NCBI GenBank assembly: GCA_040954595.2
Contig: CM082589.2
Coordinates: 9,312,894-9,376,893 of the forward strand
Source: Balanoglossus misakiensis
Taxonomy: Eukaryota; Animalia; Hemichordata
Reading direction: 5' to 3'
Length of the DNA: 64,000 nt
The notes under the pieces are model-generated. The model did not search any database. It worked only from the letters and a program-made list of their open reading frames with translations, and was not told where the DNA came from. Position numbers and translations under genes: made by a program. Shown in pieces: positions 12,742 through 25,700 of this stretch. Each line of letters opens with the position of its first letter. Positions within the stretch are counted from its first letter, which is position 1.

Positions 12742-13794
12742 TTTTTAAAATATTCAGATTGTTTACTTGTACCTGTTGAAATTATAACATTTTGATGGTT
12801 TAAAGCCCCAGTATTTCTCGTGTGTATCCATTTTTCATCATCGAAAAAGCCCGTTTTTCCTGTACATTCATCATGGAATACTACATAATGAAGATGTAAG
12901 AAAGGTTTGGGCAGTTGTAGCTACATGCAAGCCGAAAATATTGCCCGTAACACTTGAAATGATGCGCGGGTTTGTTTACATTGGAAACGGTGTACATGTG
13001 ACCGAGAATGCTTATAGCGATGACGCATCAATCTCGCGAGATGATTGGGATTACGCGTGATCAATACAATACGGACATCGCAGGGCTCTGGTCACTTTCT
13101 TACGGTCGATCAGCAAACATGCCATTTCGACATTTGATGTCAGACCATTTTGGATTTGATCTGGTTCCATCGACTGATTTCATCCTATATATTTATCTTC
13201 CCGGAATTTCGCCAAATTAGGGAAGATGTCATTTTCAAGTAGGCAGTACCGCACGCGGTTCCCCCGACCTCGCATTCGCATAGTATACCTCCTCTCATGT
13301 TATATGACGTGAATATTCATGAGCAACTCATTACCGGGGTCGTTCACACCTTGAACTAGTGCCATTATATTTTCTAAAGAGCCCTGTAGTTCAACAGTAA
13401 CCCTGCGGTAGCAAATGGCCAGAACGGCTCCAATAATTGAGAGTGAAAAAATCACGAGAATATGGTCTTATTTTTCCCCTTTTGCGCGACCAAGTAAGAG
13501 ATCATGTTAGTTATTTATAGAAGCAGGCAATCGCGCACTCAAGTGTCCCATACTGACCACAGAAGGTCATGCCCTCGCTAAAAGCAGAGATGTAGAAAAT
13601 AGTCGGAAGCCAGAAAAATAGCCGGCTGTATAGCAAAAAATTTCCGCCTGTAAACAGAGGAAAATCGCTGGCCTGTTTTTTTTTTTATGTAAAATCTTTT
13701 CATTTTCGCCGGCTTGGGTGAACGCGTACAAGAGAATCAATTTTCACAGTGTATGACCTTACGACCTGTAAACGATTGCCTGCAAACGATACTG

Positions 13795-16043
13795 ATCACG
13801 ATGTGTACTCCAAAAAGTCCAAATTTTTCGCACTATTTGCAGCATAACTCCAATGATGTTATTTGCACTGCTGCGGTGCAAATAAGAGTTCCCTGCACCG
13901 CAGCGGTGCGAATAAGAGTTCCCTGCCCCGCAACGATCTGACAGTTCTTTATTCACTCGTCGGCGACAAAAACGTTTTATTACGACATAAATAACGAATT
14001 TTTCGCTCCATGGTTGGTCATGCGGACAGAAACACACGGTTTTTGGTGAGTTTATCTTTCTCTCTCCTGAGCACTCCGTATTCAGACTTGCCCAAGTGAA
14101 CCGCGACAAAATATGGCCAAGTTTCCCTGCATGTTTCTTATACCCTACAGATAAAAAATGCAGCGTAGATATTGAAATGAATTGGCTTTATGAAAATGCT
14201 AAAAATGACACTGATAATGTCGTTAAACATTATCACAAAAAAGTGGTCTCGAACCAACATCAGTTGACACCTTCAGGTAAAAGGGTAGCCTTCCTGAACC
14301 CTTCGCCATCACGATGTGTACTCGAAAAAGTCGGAAATTTTTCGCACTATTTTGCAGCATAACTCCAATGATCTTATTTGCACCGCAGCGGTGCAAATGA
14401 GAGTTCCCTGCACCGCAGCAGTGCAAATAATAGTTCCCTGCACCGCATTGGTGCGAATAACAGTTCCCTGCACCGCAGTGGTGCGAATAACAGTTCCCTG
14501 AACAGCAACGATCTGTCCGTTCTTTATTCCCTCCTAGGCGACAAAAACGTTTTATTACGGCCTAAATAACGACTTTTTCGCTCCTTGGTTGGTCATGCGG
14601 ACGGAAAGACACGGTTTTAGCGAGTTTATCTTTCTCTCTGCTGAGCACTCCGTATTCACACTTGCCCAAGTGAACCGCGACAAAAAAATGACCAAGTTTC
14701 CCTGCATGTTTCTTATGCCCGACAGATAAAAAACGCAGCGTAGATATTGAAATGAATTGGCTTTATGAAAATGCTAAAAATTACACTGATAATGTCGTTA
14801 AAAATTCTCACGAAAAAAAAAATAGAAAAAGAAGTGGTCTCGAATCAACATCAGTTGACACCTTCAGGTAAAAGGCTAGCTTTTCTGAACCATTCGCCAT
14901 CACGATGTGTACTCGAAAAAGTCGGAAATTTTCGCACTATATTGCAGCATAACTCAAATGATCTTATTTGCACCGCAGCGGTGCTGTTACGATATATAAA
15001 AATAGGAAAATTAAGAATTTCGCTCATAATAAAGAATTGTAATTTCTATGATTAATTTCCAATTAGATTAGTAACTCTGTGTATAGAGGTCAATAACTCC
15101 ATGTATAGAGGTCAAATACTTTTAGGTAAGACATTAATTAATAGCCACAACATTTAATTACCTTGGAGATATCGAGTACCTTACAAATAATGAGACCTGG
15201 GAATTTCAATCAACGAATGAGTTTTAATTACATATTTTACGTAATGTACCTCTATATTATTAAAATACGAGGGAGGAGATGTTTGCATACGATGGTTGCT
15301 AGTCCTTGTATTCGATCACCTTCAGTTGGTCGTGATCTTGACAGAGATAATTTCTTCTTTGAGAACCGACAGCCAATCCGAAGGATATTTCAGTGTGTAA
15401 TAATTTTGTAATTGGACGATCAAGAATATGCCGATGTGTTGTAAAGTTGTAATTGGACAATGAGAATCACACTATGATGAATCTTTGATTTCTCTTCTTT
15501 CTCAAAGACATATAAACTCTGTAATTTCTTGCTTTTGGGTAGAACAACCATCTTGCAGACAACCGTGTGTTGTAAAGCCTTTGCACCAGAAATAAAGCAT
15601 TCTGACTCCCACTACTTCCAGTCTCAACGAGTCTCTACTTTGGTAGATCCTGTACACCTCTTTGCTACTGCAAAGTTAGAGTACCATCTGGACCAGCCGT
15701 AACAGTGCAAATAAGAGTTCCCTGCAACGCAGCGGTGTAAATAAGATTTCTCTGCACCGCAGCGATCTGACCGTTCTTTATTCACTCCTCGGCGATAAAA
15801 ACGTTTTATTACGGCCTAAAAACGCAGCGTAGGTATTGAAATAAATTGGATATATGAAAATAATAAAAATTACAATGATAATGTCGTTAAAAGTTCTCAC
15901 GAAAAAAAGAAATAAAAGAGTGGTCTCGAACCAACATCAGTTAACACCTTCAGGTAAAAGGTTAGCCTTTGTGAACCATTCGCCATCATGATGTGTACTC
16001 GAAAAAGGCGGAAATTTTCCGCACTATATTGCAGCATAACTCC
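13795..16043. repeat. Tandem array of ~0.5-0.6 kb units with nested ~30-bp subrepeats containing palindrome GCACCGC-A-GCGGTGC
   Basis: ATCA(C/T)GATGTGTACTC recurs at ~13796, 14308, 14899 and 15985. The number of GCACCGCAGCGGTGCAAATAAGAGTTCCCT subunits varies between units. Confidence 0.85.
14985..15704 (+). mobile_element. Solo LTR (720 bp) of the adjacent Gypsy family
   Basis: TGTTAC...GTAACA termini; 4-bp TSD GTGC (14981-14984, 15705-15708); 3' part nearly identical to 16044-16225. Confidence 0.9.
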
Positions 16044-16227
16044 AATTTCTTGCTTTTGGGTAGAACAACCATCTTGCAGACAACCGTGTGTTGTAAAGCC
16101 TTTGCACCAGAAATAAAGCATTCTGACTCCCACTACATCCAGTCTCAACGAGTCTCTACTTTGGTAGATCCTGTACACCTCTTTGCTACTGCAAAGTTGG
16201 AGTACCATCTGGACCAACCGTAACATT

Positions 16228-16237
16228 TGGTGGAGAA
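16228..16237 (+). promoter_or_regulatory. Primer binding site, probably tRNA-Ala
   Basis: TGGTGGAGAA lies 2 nt after the LTR's CA end and is complementary to a tRNA-Ala-type 3' end (..UCUCCACCA). Confidence 0.6.
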
Positions 16238-16266
16238 GTCCGACGGGTATCGAAGCAAACTCGTTG

Positions 16267-17331
16267 ATGACAACACGTAGTGGGACGAGATACAGCATCA
16301 GAATGGCAGATAACCAACTTCCACTACCACTAGAGGCAGAAGTGAAAGCTGAGGCAGAGCCACAACAACCGGCTCCTGAACAAGCGGCAGAAGTACAAGG
16401 TGCTGAATGGCAGGGCATCTTACAAGCCCAGCTGGCTGAAATCCGTTTGGCTTGTACTGATAGCTCAGACGGTTTATCACCAGCAACCTTCAGAGGTCGT
16501 GAAGACGAAAACGTACATCAGTGGTGGCAAAGATACCTAGACTTTGCCAACTTCAGGGGCTGGGCGGACGACAAGAAACGAAGCGGCATTGGTCTATACC
16601 TTGCCGGAGAGGCCGAACGATGGTTCCGGAGCCAGCCTGACGAGGTGAAGAACGACCTCGAGACCATCGGAACTAAGCTGCGGGAACGCTTTGGTAAGTA
16701 TGGCCCTATGTGGCTGTACGACCAACAGCTATACAAGCTTAGACAGCAGCCCCGCCAGTCGGTCGAGCAATATGCAGCTTTGCTCAAAGATAAAAGCGAC
16801 AAGGCGCAAAAATCCGACAGGGAGCTCCTGTCTTTCTTCATGAACGGCATGAGACCTAAAATACAGGCCTTCGTGGCGGGACGGACTCCTAAGGATTTTG
16901 CGTCGGCGTATCTACACGCCAAAACAGCTGAAGTTGTCACCAAGCTCCCCTCAGACGAGGATGAACCCACCCCCGGCGTCCGAGCGATCATCGGCCACCT
17001 GAACACTTTATCTGAAGAGATCAAGACCCTTCAGAGCAGAGCAGACCAGAAACCGCAACATCCAGGGGACCGACGTTCAGAACAGAGGCGACCACCTGCC
17101 GACTACGCAAGACGACCACCTGCCAACTACGCAAGACGACCACCTGCTACCTATGGAGGACGAGCAATACGAAATGCTCAGGTAGAATGCTTTAATTGTC
17201 GTCAAATAGGTCATAGTGCTCCCAATTGTCCTAGTAACTCCCGCAGATATTTTGATACTCGAATTTGTTATTCTTGTAAACAACCTGGGCATATCGCACG
17301 AAATTGTCGACGTGCTCATTTAAACAATTAA
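16267..17331 (+). CDS. gag: Gypsy Gag with two CCHC zinc knuckles
   Basis: PATFRGREDENVHQW capsid-like motif; CFNCRQIGHSAPNC and CYSCKQPGHIARNC. First ATG after the PBS used. Confidence 0.9.
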   Translation: MTTRSGTRYSIRMADNQLPLPLEAEVKAEAEPQQPAPEQAAEVQGAEWQGILQAQLAEIRLACTDSSDGLSPATFRGREDENVHQWWQRYLDFANFRGWADDKKRSGIGLYLAGEAERWFRSQPDEVKNDLETIGTKLRERFGKYGPMWLYDQQLYKLRQQPRQSVEQYAALLKDKSDKAQKSDRELLSFFMNGMRPKIQAFVAGRTPKDFASAYLHAKTAEVVTKLPSDEDEPTPGVRAIIGHLNTLSEEIKTLQSRADQKPQHPGDRRSEQRRPPADYARRPPANYARRPPATYGGRAIRNAQVECFNCRQIGHSAPNCPSNSRRYFDTRICYSCKQPGHIARNCRRAHLNN

Positions 17332-20300
17332 GGCCCACTTGGGATATTTGTTCCGCTGAGTCACCCAGTGAACGGCCGCAATTTGGATTTAATCAGACTC
17401 GTAAGGGAGCGCAGGACATAAGGGGCACTAGTGGTCAATCTGATGAAACCCCTATTCTTAGTGATAATAAGATTATTGTTTCCATTTGTTCAAGAGATGT
17501 ACATTCTTTAATTAATACCGGAGCAAACATAACTGTCGCACCAATCCGACTGTTGAAAATGGTTCCTGAACTGAGCAAATATCAAATTTATAAATCTCGT
17601 TATCATTCTGTTCAAACTGCTGATGCAAGTAAACTAAATGTGATGGGATTTATGAAAATACCTGCTCAAGTTGGGAATCAAACGGTAATTTTATACGTTA
17701 ACCTTGTCGACACTCTCAGCCATGATTTAATTTTGGGTGTTGATTTTATGCGACGTTATGGTGCTGTTGTTAATTTCCAAACCAATAGTATAAATTTAAA
17801 ATCAAAGGTATCTGTCAGGGCTAGTAATAATGTTTTAATTCCTCCAAATAGCGAAGCAATATTTACAACTAAAGTGTCTTCTAAATTTCGAAATGGTATT
17901 CTAGGTTGTGTTAACGATAAGAGGTCTAAATTACCTCCTGGTGTTCTAATGGCGAGAAGTTTGGCATATTCCGACAAGAAATTTATTCCTGTGCGTGTTG
18001 TTAATACTTTAGAATCTGAAGTTTGTATAAAGAAAAATACTGTTGTCGGAATGTTCTCGCCCTTGCCTGTTCAAAGTCATATCATTCCTTTAGATAAGCC
18101 TAATGTTAGCACAGTATCGTCAAGTGTTAAACAGACCAAAACAAATTACTTGTTGACTCAATTGCGATTAGACAACTTAGATGTAAATAATGAAGAGAGG
18201 GAACAACTTAAACAGGTGTTGCTCAGAAACTCTGATGCTTTTGTTGATTCTACTGGCAAATTAGGTCATTGTGATATAATCAAGCATACAATCCCACTTG
18301 AGGAGGGGGCCGTACCATTTAGACGTCCACCGTACAGAGTAACGCCGGAGAAAAGGCGAGAATTAGAATCACAAGTTGACAAATTATTAGCGCAGGGTAT
18401 AATTGAACCATCTACCTCTCCATACGCGAGTCCAGTTGTTTTAGTTCGCAAACCCGACGGATCGTGGCGATTTTGTACTGATTTTCGACAATTGAACTAA
18501 ATTACCGTGCCTGACTCTTTTCCCTTGCCGCGAACAGACGAATCACTTGAAATGTTAGGGAGAAGCAAGCCGCAGTATTTTTCCACTTTAGATTTACAGT
18601 CTGGATTTTTTCAGTTAGATTTAGACGAAGAGAGTAGACCTAAGACAGCTTTTGTAACTCATCAAGGGTTATACCAATATCGTCGCCTAGCTCAAGGATT
18701 ACGCAACAGTGCTAGTTGTTTTCAACGCACCATGCAATTTGTTTTGCGCAATATTATGTGGCAATATGTACTTTGTTATATCGACGACATAATTTTCAGT
18801 AGCACATTCGAAGAGCATTTGCAACATCTTGACACAGTTTTGACTAGATTACGCGACGCCGGACTTAAGTTAAAACCCGGCAAATGTCAATTAATGAGAA
18901 AGAGCGTTAAATTTCTAGGTCATATTATAGACCGAGACAGAATCGCTGTTGACGAGAGCAAAGTGACCGCTGTCAAGAATTATCCCCGCCCTCACACTGT
19001 CACGCAACTTAAGTCATTTCTAGGTTTAGCTAATTACTATCGGAAATTCATTAAGAATTTCTCCATTATCGCCAGGCCATTGCATAAGTTGTTGGGTAAG
19101 GATGAAAAATTCCTTTGGAATGAAAGGTGCGAAGCTGCATTTCAACAGTTGAAACAGGTTTTATGCGAAGCACCGATATTGGGGTATCCTGATTCCAGTA
19201 AAGATTTCATTGTTTATACGGATTGTTCCACTCATGCACTTGGTTTTTTATTGGCACAACAACAGGATGGTATTGAACGAGTTTTTTTGTATGGCGGGAG
19301 AAGTTTAAATTGTCATGAACGAAATTATACAGTAACTGAAATGGAAGCATTGGCGGTAGTCCATGCCATTCGTTATTGTGATCAATACATTCGTAATAAT
19401 CATATCACCATAGTAACGGACCATTCCAACTTAACATACATGTTCAAACAGAAAATACCTAAAGGCCGTATTGGACGTTGGATCATGACCATGCAACAAT
19501 ATGACTATGAAATTATTTACAGACCTGGTAGGAAACATATGAATGCTGACGGGTTGTCAAGGCGACCTTATCCCCAGTGTGAAGGGTACAAGTCTGATGT
19601 AACTAACTTAGAGCAGGCACCCGAGATAAACTACAAACCTAATAGCCAAATCGTAATGTTAGATAAGTCTGTAAATACTGAGCCATCACATCCGCTTGGT
19701 GTAAAAAATGTTGAGATAAGGCATCGACCGGAACCTGAGGTTAATGATTCTCCTAATACTGAGGCCACCTCAGGGTACGGGACTTTAACTCGTAGCTCCG
19801 ATAATTCCTCTCAGTCACAAATCGAGGATACATTTGATGAAGAGGTTCAATCACAAATGAAGGGAGAGCAAAGAAAGGATAGTTATCTAAATAAATTTCT
19901 TAATTATTTGGAGAATGATGAATTGCCTACTGATCTCAAGCTAGCTCGTAAATTCGTTAATATGGCTCCAAATTATGACATTGTTGACGGGGTTTTGTAT
20001 CATTTTTGGAAACCCACGGGGAAATCAATTGATAAGCTTGACTGTGTTAGGCAGGTCGTAATACCTAAATCTTTACGAAATTATGTCTTAAGGGGGGCTC
20101 ACGATTGTGTTTTGGGGGGACATTTAGGGTATACCAAGACGTTAGGAGTTCTGAGGCAGAGATATTTTTGGGAACGAATGCCTCGGGACGTTAACATGTA
20201 CGTTAAGACGTGCGCACATTGCCACACAAGAAAACGAGCCACACCCCCAACACACGCCAAGTTGTTACCTATTCCAGTTTCAGGACCCTGGGACCGATTG

Positions 20301-21090
20301 GGTATGGATATTGTGGGACCACTCCCTAGAACTTATGATGGTCATACTCATAAGTACATTCTAGTACTCACTGACTACTTTTCTAAAATCCCACTAGCGT
20401 ATCCATTACGAAATGCACGAGCTGAGACAGTTGCTAAGGTCTTGTTTGATGAAGTCATCGCTACTTATGGCAGTCCAAGAGTTTTGATGAGTGATCAGGG
20501 ATCGAATTTTTTGTCTCAAGTTGTTCAAGAAACTTGTAAATTCTTCAACATTCAAAGGAAAGTTTCCACCCCTTATCGTCCACAAACTAATGGCCTTACA
20601 GAGCGTTTTAATGGTTGCTTAGTCGACATGCTATCCATGTGTGTCGATAGTAAACAGAAAGATTGGGATCGGTGCCTAAGTTCAGTGCTTTTCGCTTATA
20701 GAGTTAGCCCTCAAGAGTCCAGTGGGTTCAGCCCTTTTTATCTGTTATACGGTCGGCATCCCACATTGCCCATGGATGTTGAATTCCAACCAGTGGAGGG
20801 TAGGACAAGAAATATAGATACACACCTTAAACACTTAGCCACAAAAAGGGATATAGCTCATCGATACGCCAAACAAAACATAGATAGATATCAGCAGAAT
20901 ATGAAAGACCGCTATGATCAAAATATCCAGCGGTCACAGACTCTTAAAGTAGGGGATCCTGTTTATTTATATACACCCGCTGTTAAGCCTGGGGTTAATA
21001 AGAAGTTTGTACATAAATGGACGGGTCCGTATGTAATTTCAGAAGCAGTTTCCCCATGGAATTATAAATTGAGACACTTAAATAGCAATA
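17304..21090 (+). pseudogene. pol: Gypsy Pol (PR-RT-RNaseH-INT), defective
   Basis: LINTGA (protease D->N); SPYASPVVLV..DFRQLN; in-frame TAA at 18498; YIDD; YTDCS...EALA (RNase H); HHCC and DDE integrase, GPY motif. The last codons (KYSCKQR) come from the inserted Helentron end. Confidence 0.92.
17319..17390 (+). promoter_or_regulatory. Putative -1 ribosomal frameshift signal (T TTA AAC plus downstream stem-loop)
   Basis: Heptamer 17319-17325 is in the gag frame just before its stop, and pol is in the -1 frame. GGCCCACTTGGG...CCCAGTGAACGGCC can pair. Confidence 0.7.
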
Positions 21091-21604
21091 AGAAATATAG
21101 CTGCAAGCAGCGATAGTGGGCCCAAGCCGAAATAGCACATAGGAACATAGCAATAAGCAATAGTGTTTGGTGCTTATTTGTGCGAAATGTAAAGATAGGA
21201 TGCTATTAATTTATGTAGAAGTCTTCATTCATGTCAGTTTAAGGTGAAAGGTCCTGTGAGGTCACTGTAAATTTGGGGCAAAAAGTGTGGACTCCCATAC
21301 TAGTCTATGTGCAACAAAAACCAAACTCTACTTGCACTGGTTAGCCTGGAATTAGGTATGTACATAATTTATGAGATAGGCAGGTGTAGCAGGTGCGTTG
21401 CAAATGAAGCTTTTCATTTTTGGCACATAGTGTACATTAATGTTTAATGATTGAAGGAGTGTTGAATGTAGTTAACGTAGGTTTGTTGATAGTGAGGCAT
21501 TCAAAGAAGTTGACAAGGGAAAAATTAGAGTCAAGAGGCAGTTGTAAATAAGTAGGCAGTTATTTATTTTAATCTCTGGCTGAACATAGAGGTTAAGAGG
21601 AATG

Positions 21605-22560
21605 GGAAACTATGGGGTTGAAGTTATCAAGATATACTCATATGCTGTGATGCTCAAGCAAAATGCAGTAAAAAATATAAATAGAAAGTGAAACAAAGAT
21701 TTCTCAAGAATGTTAAATAACAACAGCTAGACTATATTGAACTTGTGCACATAGTAAAAAAACATAGTTCACAACTTGTTAAAAAACAAAGCTTTCCAAA
21801 GAATGTTGAAGGGACAAAGTCTGTCTGTCGCTGCCCTTTGGTTTTGAACTATGGGTTTGAAGTTATCAAGATATACTCAAATGCTGTGATGCTCAAGCAA
21901 AATGCAGGAAAAAATATAAATAGAAAAGTGAAACAAAGATTTCGCAAAAATGTTAAATAATAACAGTCGAACTATATTGAACTTGTGGACATAGTGAAAA
22001 ACATAGTTCACAAGTTGTCGTTAAAAGCAAAGCTTTTCAAAGAATGTTAAAGGGGCAAAGTTTGTCTCTCGCTGCCCTTTGGTTTTGAACTATGGGTTTG
22101 AAGTTATCAAGATATACTCATATGCTGTGATGCTCGAGCAAAATGCAGTAAAAAATATAAATAGAAAAGTGAAACAAGATTTCGCAAAAATGTTAAATAA
22201 TAACAGTCGAACTATATTGAACTTGTGGACATAGTGAAAAACATAGTTCACAAGTTGTCGTTAAAAGCGAAGCTTTCCAAAGAATGTTAAAGGGGCAAAG
22301 TTTGTCTCTCGCTGCCCTTTGGTTTTGAACTATGGGTTTGAAATTATCAAGATATACTCATATGCTGTGATGCTCAAGCAAAATGCAGTAAAAAATATAA
22401 ATAGAAAAGTGAAACAAAGATTGTGCAAAAATGTTAAATAATAACAGTCGAACTATATTGAACTTGTGGACATAGTGAAAAACATAGTTCACAAGTTGTC
22501 TTTAAAAGCAAAGCTTTCCAAAGAATGTTAAAGGGACAAAGTCTGTCTTTCGCTGTCCTT
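21605..22560. repeat. 240-bp tandem repeat x4
   Basis: AACTATGGG recurs at ~21608, 21848, 22088 and 22328. Each unit ends with a copy of the left TIR of a Kolobok-like MITE. Confidence 0.9.
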
Positions 22561-22704
22561 TTCTATTAATAATGTTTGATACAAGACAGTGTTCGTATTA
22601 TTCTACATGTGGATATATAGAGAATCCATATTCAATGACAAACAACTTGCATCGTGTTTGTAGGATGTGATAGTGGGAGAAACACCATGAAATGAGTATG
22701 ATAA

Positions 22705-25700
22705 CTACTGTGAGTGAAGGGTGAATGATGTGATGACGCGGCTGTGGATGTCATAGGTAATGGAGAAGTCATGAGTTTCAGTCAGGAAGGTGGATGCTAT
22801 GTTATCAGAAGTGAAGAGTACGAGTGGGTTTCCTTGTGGTTGGCCGTAATGTTGGGGGTTCAGTGTAGATAGGTATGCTGTAAGTGTGGTTTTGTGAAAG
22901 TATAGTTCCAGGTATTCGTCATTGTGTTGTACTGTAATTGAACCGGTGAACTGGATGGGCATGTTTGTGGTATGTTGGGACGAGTGGCATTTTGTGCATT
23001 TTATCAGAGTTGGGAGTGTGTCATTTGGGTATGGTATGGTTTGGTTGCAGTTGTGTTTTATACATGTCAGGGTTTTTTGGAATGAGCATAGGTGTGGTTT
23101 GGTTATCAGGGTGTTTGTGTTTGGGTCAGTGTAGTGAGTGGTGTAGTTTTGCAGTGTTGTGGTTGGTGTGATTTTTGTGTTTGTGTGTGTGGATAAGTAT
23201 TTTTGGCCGAGGTAAGATCTAACTGTTACTTCATTGAAACTGTATGATGTGTTAATGTGTAGGCTGTTGCTGAATGGCCCCCAAGCTGACAAGCGAATGG
23301 CTGTGGTGTGATCGGAAATTATGTTGTTTCTCATGGGAAGTGATTTGTGTGTAGATTTTAAGCCATACTGAATGTTGTCCTGTTGTATGATGTGTGCAGT
23401 GATGTTGATGTGTTCGTAATCTTTTTTCATGTGGACTGTATTTAGGGGAGTGATGATGTTTGGTTGCTGACAATAAGGGAATGTGCATGTGTTAATGATT
23501 TTTATGGTTGTGTTGATTTGCAGTTTGATCTCGTCTTCGTCAAGTTTGTTAAAGCATGGTTGAAATTTTATGTCATAGAGAGTAATGGGTAGTTTCCCTG
23601 TAGCTGCAATGTTGAGAGAATCGTAATGTTTTTGTGCTGAAAATGATATGAATCTGATGTATGTACTGGTGTTTGTTTGTAGCTGTCCGGTGAGTCTTGT
23701 GCCTGTCTGATGCAAGTTGTGGACATACCCAGTGGCTGTTGTTGGTTTGGTTGTTGCAGATGCTGGATTGTGGATTTGTAGCATTCTTCGTTTCATGGAA
23801 GGAGCTGGAAATATAGACAGTAATAGTGTGATTGTGTAGTGAATGTTAAGGGTGTGTATTTCAGTTGCTGAGAATATAGATAAGTGGAAGTTAAAGGGAC
23901 AAATTCCTCTCTTGCTGCTGTTTCAACATTAATTATGTTTGATACAAAACACTGTTCATGTAATTCTACAAGTAGATATATAGTGAATTAATGTTTGACC
24001 ATATACAACTTTTATGGTGCTTGTTGACATATTGAAATGAATAATTATTCTGTACTGTGTATTCATAGAGGCGAATTTGTACTGTTGTATGATATAAACG
24101 GGGTGGAAGTTGTGTGTTGTTGAACATTGCAGGTTCACTATATCCATATGGAATAACATGAATGGTGTGTTTGACAAAACATAATTACAGGAAAGGGAGA
24201 GACTTTGTTGCTGTAACGGGAACAGTATACACATGATGATTGACAATAAGGGCAACAGTGTATTTTGATGATTGAGGACGCTGCTAGTCACAACTAAAAC
24301 AGTCTTGTTTGGAAAACAGACTGTATTGGTGTGACTGGCAGTCCCGAGGTCATCAAAAATACACTGTTCCCTAAATATGTAAGTCATCATGTGTTTTATA
24401 ACACACCAAACACGACACACACCACATCCAGGCAACATTACTGGGCAGAAACAGATCGAACTGATGCCTTAGGGAACAGTGCGAAATGACTAAGGTCATG
24501 TGAGAGCATTTTGACGAATTGCAATCGAGGGTTCACTGCATGGTGGTTCACTGCATGGTGTGTTATAACATAGTTTGTGTACATAGAGAAATAGATACAT
24601 ACATATGGAATATGTGACTTCATAAATATGCACAGTCAATAAAAGGAAGGAACTTGTGTGCTGATGTGGACAGAGACACAAGGGATAGTTTTGCAACAAC
24701 TAAGAGTAGAAACTCTGCACACCACAAATTAGAATAAGCAGGTACTCATTGTTATGTGAAAGTGGCAACCCTAATCAACATTGCATCACCTATGTGCGTT
24801 TAAAAACCATGGCTTCCCCGTTGCATTTTTGACGGGTTAGTCTCCTGATGAGTGACCCCAGTGACTAGTGAAACAACATTGTAGAGATTATTTACTGCCT
24901 ATTGTTTTTCAATAACTGTGACTTTTTATTCTGGTCTGGTGAGGTATTGAGCACTTTGTATGAGACTAGTTGAACCACATACTGCGTATACAGAAATGCA
25001 TACAGAAATGTTATCGGTATGATTATGGTAACTTGAGTTTGCGTTAATTGGTTTGAAGTTGTACTCACCATCTTCTGGTGCTGTACTGGTACTGGGGAAC
25101 AGTTGTCTTTTTGCTGTTGTAGATGCTGTTGAAAGGAATACATGTGTGTTAGGAGCTTCTTAGGATTGGGGTGTATACAAGAAACTGTTTAATGGGAATG
25201 TGTCATCTGAATTGTGTGATAATAGTAATTGTGGAGGCTGTGTTCTTGTGGCTGTGACTTTGGGATGTAAAGGAAAATGGTGTGGCTGCTTTTGGAATGA
25301 AAGGTTGCAGTGTGGATTGTAATCTGTAAGCATGTGACACCTAGTATAGTGTAAATCAGTGTGTTAACAAATTGGGATGTTGTTCATTGTTGTGGGATAT
25401 GAAATGGCAGTGGCACATGTTGAGGTGAAGCCTAATTTTAAAGTAGTATAGTTTGGTATTAGATGTAATTGAATGAAGTAAGATATACTGAAATCAATGA
25501 AGCCGGCAGAGCTGACACTGCTTGGATTATTTTCCTGATTTTATTTCCTTACTTAAAATGGTTCATATGTAAGGTAAGTGACAGGATTACAGGAACACCT
25601 TTTTGGACACATGACTGAAAGTGTATGTTGCAATTTAAAAATGCTATGTATTGAGGGAGTGCTGCATCGATGTAGTCAGTGTCTATAAAAAGAGTACATA

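Larger units (their letters stand above)
16044..21090 (+). mobile_element. Ty3/Gypsy LTR retrotransposon with truncated 5' LTR; 3' end interrupted by a Helentron
   Basis: Partial LTR 16044-16225, PBS, gag, then PR-RT-RH-INT. No 3' LTR in the window. Confidence 0.92.

Noticed and set aside
12799-13380. Possible Kolobok-like element starting TTAAAGCCCCAGTA
   Set aside because: No convincing matching right TIR or TSD found.
23956-24438. 160-aa ORF on - upstream of the RPA-like exon
   Set aside because: Overlaps a decayed MITE within a predicted intron and has no recognisable domain.
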